Position numbers and translations under genes: made by a program. Shown here in pieces: positions 47,280 to 56,200 of a stretch of 64,000 nt of DNA (positions within the stretch are counted from its first letter, which is position 1; every line of letters begins with the position of its first letter). The notes under the pieces are model-generated. The model did no database searches. It saw only the letters and a list, made by a program, of their open reading frames with translations, and was not told the DNA's origin. This stretch comes from Ostreococcus lucimarinus. Its lineage: Eukaryota. The DNA is taken from assembly GCA_000092065.1 (NCBI GenBank), contig CP000581.1, one strand, 5' to 3'.

Positions 47280-50200
47280 TTACTTGTCCTCGTTCGACAT
47301 GTCGAGGAGCTGCGTGAAATAATCCACCGCGCTGGCTGCGGTTTTCTTCGTTTCGTTGGTGTTTGTCTTGCGCGTGATGACGCTGCGCAGGGATGAAATG
47401 GTCATCGATTTGACGACGTCTTCGGCTTCGACGTCTTGAACCGAAATACCCATGGACTCGGCGTATTTGGATTTGAGATCGTCGAGTTCGCCGGCCACTT
47501 TTTTGGACTCTTCGAGAACCTTGAGTTCTTCATCGCTCAGGTTCACAAAGTCGCGGAGACGCTTTTTGGCCTCGTCGAGGGAAACGCGGAGGCGCTTGAT
47601 CTCCACGGCGTACTCATCGCGTTCGGTTGCCGTCTGCTCAAACGAACGTTCGAGCGCAAGTCTGTCGGCCTCGAGCTGCTTTTCTCGATCGGAGACGCTA
47701 AGCCTGAGGCTCTTTTCGGCTTTAGACTTTTCTTCCGCGACGATTTTGAGCGCTTTTTCGCGACTCGCTTTGAGCGCCGCGTCCTTCGCCGCGATGGTGT
47801 CTCTCAGTCGTGCCTCGTACGATTCGCGAAGCTTGGCGATATCGATCTCGCTTCGCTCGCGAAGTTCCTTGAGACTCGCTTGAGTTTTGGCTATCTCTTC
47901 GGCGTAAGCGTCAGCGTCGCCACGTCTGCCGGTCGAGGTCGCAACTTCCTTCTCAACAATCTTTTCAACCTCAACAATCTTCTCGACGACCTTCTCGACT
48001 ATTTGCGGCGGTCCGCCTGTTTGCCCGGCGCGCTTTTCCGCGTCGCGCACAGCCCGTTGAAGCGTTTCAACTTCTTGACGGAAGTCTACGACTAGCTTAT
48101 CAAACTGCGCGTTGAATTTGGCTTCAATTTCCAGATCACGATCGTTGAGCATGTTTTCAAAGTTGGCAATTTTGGCCTTGAGTTTATCATTCGCCTTCTT
48201 CGCCGTCGCACGAAGCGCCGCTTCAGATTTTGAGCGTTCGGCGGCGGCGATGGCCAATTGATCGCGCAACGCCTTCTTCGCTGTGGTTTCCGCCTCTCTC
48301 AGAGCCGCGATATATTCACGCTGTGCCGCGAGCTTGGCACTCTCGGTGAGCTTCTTTGCCGCCGCGATTTCAGTGCGCAAAGTCTTTTCCATACGGTCGC
48401 GCTCCGCCTTCGCAGCTTCCATCGCGGACGCCAACTTCTGGTTCGCAATCTTCTCAGAGTTTGCGAGCTGATTTTCGAGTGTAGAAACTTTGGATTCCAA
48501 AGCCTTAAGCTTTGATTCGGATTCGATGCGCATTGCTTTCTCTACCGCCTCGATTTCAGCCTTTTGTGCCGTCTTAAATTCGCTCAGTTTCTTCACGGCG
48601 GCTTCAAGATCACGCTCGAGCGTCGCAACCTTGCTAGGCGATTGAGCGGGCTTGCTCTTCTGTATGACTGACTCCGTCGGTGTAGACGCGTTCGTCTCCT
48701 TCATCGAGCGATTCGACGCGCCGAAGAGACGTTCAAAGAGCGAAGGCGCGGAAGTCTTCGCCGCTTCTTCAGCCGCCAACGCCGCTTCTTCAGCCGCCAA
48801 CGCCGCATCTTCCTTCGCTTTCGTAGCTTCTTCCTTCGCTGCAAGCAACTGATCGCGCAAAGTAACCATTTCACTTTGCGCCGCACGAAGCTTACGCTCG
48901 GCGTCTTCGCGCGCGGCTCGTTCAGCTGCAACCTTGCCTTTGTTGAATTCAAAGAGAGGGCGCTGAACGGAGGTTTCCGATACCACCTTCGATGACGAAG
49001 ATTGCTTCTTTGCGACATCGAGTTCATCAGTGAGTGCACCAACGCGTTGCTCATAAAAGGCGATCTTCTCTGCGAGAGTTACTTGCTCGGATTTCAATCT
49101 TCGCTCGAAGTCTTCCTTCATCAAAAGCATCGAACGGGACCATTTCGCCTCCGCTTCGGCAAACTCGGCCTGAACACTCGCAAGTCGATACTGGACATTC
49201 TCCATTTTCTTCGCCTGTTCCGCATAATCCCTGTGCGCACGTCTGATTTGCTTCTCAAGTTCGCGTTCGCGTGACTTGAGTTGCTTGTTCATTAGCTGCG
49301 CCGAGTCTCGTACGCGTTCTTTGAAGTCTTCGCGCAACGCGGCGAGAAGAACTTCAACCTCTCGCGTGTGCTCCTTGCTTTCTTGAATCTTTTGGTTGAA
49401 TTCTAAAGTAGCATCAGCCATTGTTTGAGCGACAGCGCGAACGATCTCGTCATTGTGCTTTTCCTTCATCGCGTTCATTTCAGAAATTCTAGAACCCAAC
49501 ATCGCCTGACTATTTTGATACTTGACCAAAATATCTGCTCGTTCGGATTCAAGACTGCGCACATTCGCTTCGTCGGCCTGAACACTCGCAAGTCGATACT
49601 GGACATTCTCCATTTTCTTCGCCTGTTCCGCATAATCCCTGTGCGCACGTCTGATTTGCTTCTCAAGTTCGCGTTCGCGTGACTTGAGTTGCTTGTTCAT
49701 TAGCTGCGCCGAGTCTCGCACGCGTTCTTTGAAGTCTTCGCGCAACGCGGCGAGAAGAACTTCAACCTCTCGCGTGTGCTCCTTGCTTTCTTGAATCTTT
49801 TGGTTGAATTCTAAAGTAGCATCAGCCGTTGTTTGAGCGACAGCGCGAACGATCTCGTCATTGTGCTTTTCCTTCATCGCGTTCATTTCAGAAATTCTAG
49901 AACCCAACATCGCCTGACTATTTTGATACTTGACCAAAATATCTGCTCGTTCGGATTCAAGACTGCGCACATTCGCTTCGTACGACTTTGCTTGATCTTT
50001 CCAAGCAACGGAGTCGAATTGCCATGCGTCACGTTCTTGCTCCAACTTGGCCATTTTACGAAGCATTTGTGCGACGGCAGCAGTCATCTCGTCATCCTCA
50101 TCAAACGACGCCGAGGCGTTTTCGGTAAGTCGCGCCAAATCGAGCGCATACTTTGTCTCTGCGTCGGCAACCGCACGTTCTCGCTCTTCGTTCAGGCGCG

Positions 50201-53200
50201 CCACGGTTACCGCGAGCTGTTCTTGAGCATCAGCTTGGAGCTTGGCGATGGCTGCGACGGTATCATCGCCGCTTTTAAGCTTGGACTCAAGCTCGGAGAT
50301 GCGTTGCTTGTACTCTTTGACAGTGGTTTCACTCTCGGCGGCAAAAGTAGAAGATGCGTTACTGACGGCGTCCTTCAACTCTGCTTTGAGTGCCGCGATT
50401 TCATTCGCTGAAGCTGAACTTTTTTGTTCAAACTCCAATGTCAGACGCGATATTTCCTCACGAAGCTTGACTTCGCGCTCTTGCGCATCGCGTGCTTCAG
50501 TCTCTGCAGCTGATAACAGCACAGTTTGATCTTTGATCTGAGCATTTACAGCATCAAGGGACGCGTCCTGTCCCTGGGAAGCGCCGATGATGCTAGCAAA
50601 AATTCCACCTCGATCGCCTTTCGCCTTGTCCAAAACAGCCTTGTATTTCTCTTCAGCCTTTTGCATGCCCTTGCGAGCTTTTTCTAGTTCCTTTTCTAGT
50701 CGTCGCTCGGAATCCAGCTTCTCAGACTGTAGTCTTGTCGTGACCGATAGCACATCTTGATCACGCTCAGCGCGGACGGCTTTGATTTGCGCTTCCAAGT
50801 CGAAGATATGCTTTTCCACGTCCGGGCTGCTCCTCTTAGCTTGCGTAGCGAACTCCGCTTCAAGTTTCTCAAGCTTTTCTTGAAGCGCGTCGCGCTGCTT
50901 CTTGAGACGCTTGACTTCGCCAGTGCTTCCCTCGAACTTGTACGTGACAGATTGGGGAAGGGTGTACTTAACTACACTCTTCTCACGCTTTTGCTGTTGT
51001 TTGCGTTTAAACGCATCCAACTCCTTGCGAGCCTCAGTGACTTCAAGCCTGAGCTCTGCTTCCGTCTCCGTCGCCGTGCGCTTGAGAGTCTTATTGAGCT
51101 TCTTTATCGTCGATTCGTAACCTTCGGAAACCTCTTCTAGTTGAAGTTCCAGTCGCTTGACTGTCGCCTCGTACTCCGCGGCGATTTCATCAGCCTGTAT
51201 CTTCGCAGACCTCTCAACTTCTTCGAGTTTTGCTTTCCACAAGTCCTCAGCTTGCTTTACCTTTGTAGTTTCATCGCTCGCGAGAGAAGTTTTCATGGCG
51301 TTTTGCAGGGTCTCGATCTCGAGAGTCTGAGCCGTGATCAGCGCCTCTTTTTCTTCTTGGAAGAGCTTTGACTCCTGCGATACGCGGTCATCCGCTTCCG
51401 ACTTGACCAAAGCAACCAACGCTACTCGATCAGCCTCCGCTGACGCCTGAATTTCAGCGACGGCTTGGATAAGCTCTCGTTCGGCGCTTTCGTTGGCATC
51501 GGCGAGTTGCTTCTTCAGAGCTGCAACTTGGTCATCAATCGTAGCGGTCTCTGTGTCCGTTTTCGACGTCGATTTCATGTTCGCGATAGTTTGCTCGTAG
51601 AGCCGCTTGGACTTTTGCATCTCGTCAAGTTGGGATTCAAGGCGTGTGACTTGCGCTTGAAGCGCGTCGCGCTCCTTCTCTAGCGATGCATCTACCTTGT
51701 TGCCAGTAAACTTATATGTCACTGTTTGAGGCAGCGTGTACTTGATGCCACCCTTACTTTTTTGCTTGAGGTCTTCGAGGTCCTTTTTCGTCGATTCGAC
51801 TCGTTTTCTAAGTTCACTTTCGCTAGACTTAGATGCTGCGAGCTGCGCTTTAATTTTCTTCATCTCATCGTCGTCACTCGACACCCACGCAGTAGAAGAT
51901 TGAAGCGCATCAATTTTACCTTGATACTCTTGCTTCAACCGATCAATCTGTGCATCCTTGGCTGCTTCGACCTCACGAATCTTCTGTTCCCAGAAAATAG
52001 ATGATTGAGCCTCGGCAGTGGCTACCTCAGCCGTGAACTCAACCATAGCGTCTGCGGACTGTTTTATCGCTTCGTTTCGCATCATCGCATACAGCGCGCG
52101 GCGCTCGCCAGCGCTTGAACGAGACGAAGCGTCGCGTTGCGCCAGCTCGGAAGACGCAAAGGCCTGAATACTAGCGACGGCCTCGACGAGATGCTCCTCG
52201 GCGATGGCTTTTTGCTCTTGCAAACGCCACGACTGCTCAGACAGCTGCTTCTTGAGATCCAGGATCATGGCATCCTTCGCCGCTGACTCGTCGCTCCCAG
52301 CGGTCGTCGCCGCGGGCACGGCGGGCGCCGCGCGTGCAGACGCCTTGAGTGACTCAATCTTCGCGTCATACTCTCGCTTGGTCTTCTGCATTTCCGTCAG
52401 CTGCGACTCGAGCGCGCTGATCTTGGCCTGCTGAGCCTTCATCAGCTTGTCGTCCGTGGAACCGCCCTCGAATGTGTACTTGATAAACTGCGGAAGTGTG
52501 TACTTCACACCGTTCTTCGACGCAGTCTTGAGCGACTGAAGTTCGGCTTTCGCCGCGTCGACTTGACCTCGGAGTTCGAGTTCGATCGACGAGCGCTTGG
52601 AGAGCTGCGCCTGCAGGTCGGACACGACGCTCGAGAGACCATCACTACCAGACGCCTTGGACATTGATGCCTTGAGCTCCTCGAGTTCACGCAGCGATGC
52701 GTCGAGCTGCGCCTTCTCGGCCGCCGCCGCCGCTTGCAGCTTGGCATTATCAGCGAGGATCGTCGCGACAGCCGCCTCAACTTGCTCTTCGGCATCGTTT
52801 TCGGCATCCTGCAGCTTCTTGTTGAGGGCGTCGATTTCGGCGCTTCTGTCAGAAACACCGGTCGTAGTGCTCGCCTTACTGGCCGCCCGGACTCGTTCGA
52901 TCTCTTCGTTGTGTGCCTTCTTCAGAGCAACCACGCGCTGCTCAAACTGAATCTGCGCGTCACGAATGGCGTCGTTCACTTGAGCGCTCGTGTCCACAGG
53001 TGAACCGGACGACGCGCGCAATGACGCCTCCAGCTGTTCGTTCTCAGCCTTGAGCTCAGCGACGGCCTCGACGAGCTGCTCCTCGGCGATGGCTTTTTGC
53101 TCTTGCAAACGCCACGACTGCTCAGACAGCTGCTTCTTGAGATCCAGGATCATGGCATCCTTCGCCGCTGACTCGTCGCTCCCAGCGGTCGTCGCCGCGG

Positions 53201-56200
53201 GCACGGCGGGCGCCGCGCGTGCAGACGCCTTGAGTGACTCAATCTTCGCGTCATACTCTCGCTTGGTCTTCTGCATTTCCGTCAGCTGCGACTCGAGCGC
53301 GCTGATCTTGGCCTGCTGAGCCTTCATCAGCTTGTCGTCCGTGGAACCGCCCTCGAATGTGTACTTGATAAACTGCGGAAGTGTGTACTTCACACCGTTC
53401 TTCGACGCAGTCTTGAGCGACTGAAGTTCGGCTTTCGCCGCGTCGACTTGACCTCGGAGTTCGAGTTCGATCGACGAGCGCTTGGAGAGCTGCGCCTGCA
53501 GGTCGGACACGACGCTCGAGAGACCATCACTACCAGACGCCTTGGACATTGATGCCTTGAGCTCCTCGAGTTCACGCAGCGATGCGTCGAGCTGCGCCTT
53601 CTCGGCCGCCGCCGCCGCTTGCAGCTTGGCATTATCAGCGAGGATCGTCGCGACAGCCGCCTCAACTTGCTCTTCGGCATCGTTTTCGGCATCCTGCAGC
53701 TTCTTGTTGAGGGCGTCGATTTCGGCGCTTCTGTCAGAAACACCGGTCGTAGTGCTCGCCTTACTGGCCGCCCGGACTCGTTCGATCTCTTCGTTGTGTG
53801 CCTTCTTCAGAGCAACCACGCGCTGCTCAAACTGAATCTGCGCGTCACGAATGGCGTCGTTCACTTGAGCGCTCGTGTCCACAGGTGAACCGGACGACGC
53901 GCGCAATGACGCCTCCAGCTGTTCGTTCTCAGCCTTGAGCTCAGCGACGGCCTCGACGAGCTGCTCCTCGGCGATGGCTTTTTGCTCTTGCAAACGCCAC
54001 GACTGCTCAGACAGCTGCTTCTTGAGATCCAGGATCATGGCATCCTTCGCCGCTGACTCGTCGCTCCCAGCGGTCGTCGCCGCGGGCACGGCGGGCGCCG
54101 CGCGTGCAGACGCCTTGAGTGACTCAATCTTCGCGTCATACTCTCGCTTGGTCTTCTGCATTTCCGTCAGCTGCGACTCGAGCGCGCTGATCTTGGCCTC
54201 TAGCGCGTTAACATTCGCAGTGTTTTCCGGTGTTTTTCTAGACGTGTCTTCGAATTTGTAAGTAATGCTTTCCGGCGAAGTGTACTTGACGGTCTGCTGT
54301 GCGGATGCTATCTGATTTCGGAGATCACGCTCAACTTCGGTTCGCTCGCGCAGCTGCCGCTGGAGCTCCGTAATCTCCGCCGACACGTCCACGCCCGGTG
54401 TGTCTGATTTGATTAAAGCCTTCAGCTCTTCGAGCTCGCACAGGGACGCGTCGAGCTGCGACTTTGCAGCGTCAACCGCGGCTTGCAGCCGGTCTTTATC
54501 AGCAACGATTTCCGCTACCGCGCGCTTTACTGCCTCTTCGCGTTCTTTTTGCGCATCTTCCAACTGCTTATTGAGCGCGGCGACCTGCGCGTCCACATCT
54601 TTGCTACTACTCGAGCTGGATGAGGCTTGTAAATCCGCAATCTTTTGTTCGTACGACTGCCTGAGCTGCTTCAGCTGTGCATCCTTCATGAGCTCAACGT
54701 CCTTGATCTTTTTCTCCCAGTATGCAGGAGATTCCACAGCGTGGGTGCTGGCCTTACTGGCCGCCCGGACTCGTTCGATCTCTTCGTTGTGCGCCTTCTT
54801 CAGAGCAACCACGCGCTGCTCAAACTGAATCTGCGCGTCACGAATGGCGTCGTTCAGCTGAACTCTTGCTTCGGCAGTTGAGCTGGACGATGCGCGCAAT
54901 GAAGCCTCCAGCTGTTCGTTCTCAGCCTTGAGCTCAGCGACGGCCTCGACGAGCTGCTCCTCGGCAATTGCCATGTTCTCAGACAGCTGCTTCTTGAGAT
55001 CTATGATTTCTTCGTTAGCGTCAAACTGGTTCAATCTCTTAACCGCCTCGGCGCGCATCATTTTGTACATCGCGTTACGTTCTCCAGTTGTGGATTTAAG
55101 AGCTGACTCGAGTTGTACCTTGCTAGCTTCAGCAAGCGACTGGATTTCAGCAACCGCTCGAACGAGCATATCATCATACATCTCCTTGAGCGTAGTTACA
55201 TCCTGTTTTACCGCGTCCTGCTCTGAAGCAAGATTCGATTTAACGTTGATGCGCTCGGCTTCAAACTGTGCGAGAAGCTGAGCTTTTGACGCTTCACTCT
55301 CGTTCAACTTGGAGATAGCGTCACGTGCGCGATCCTCCGCTTGCGTGACTCTTCTATCCGACTCTCTACGTGCGTCTTCTAATGCTGTCGCGTGAGCAGC
55401 GGCTGTAGTCTGTATCGCCATCTGATGCGCCTGTTCGAGGGCTTTTATTTTGGCTGGTGCGTCATCCTTCGTCGCGCTCCTTTTAAGGCGCTCTAGCTCT
55501 TCGTTGTGCGCCTTCTTCAGAGCAACCACACGCTGCTCAAACTGGATCTGCGCGTCACGAATGGCGTCGTTCATCTTCTTGCTACTCGAAACTTCGCTTA
55601 TGGCAACTTCACTTTGAAGCCGCGTCAAAGTTCGCTCGCTCGCTTTGCGCATCTCAGAGTCGAACATCGACTTGAGCGCACGACGCTCGCCCGCAACTCC
55701 ACGCACAGCTTCGTCACGAACTGCGTCAACGTCCACGTCGTTTCGCATTTCGACCGGAGATACCGCGACCTGAGATTTCTTTGAAACCTTGACTCGTTCG
55801 ATCTCTTCGTTGTGCGCCTTCTTCAGAGCAACCACGCGCTGCTCAAAGTTAAGCTGCTCCTCACGGAGTGCCGCGTTAAATTGATCGACGCTCAGCGCGC
55901 TCTGGCTCGGCTTTGAGGCGTTACTCGCCTTGACTCGTTCGATCTCTTCGTTGTGCGCCTTCTTCAGAGCAACCACGCGCTGCTCAAAGTTAAGCTGCTC
56001 CTCACGGAGTGCCGCGTTAAATTGATCGACGCTCAGCGCGCTCTGGCTCGGCTTTGAGGCGTTACTCGCCTTGACTCGTTCGATCTCTTCGTTGTGCGCC
56101 TTCTTCAGAGCAACCACGCGCTGCTCAAATTTAAGCTGCTCCTCACGGAGTGCCGCGTTGAATTGATCGACGCTCAGCGCGCTCTGGCTCGGCTTTGAGG

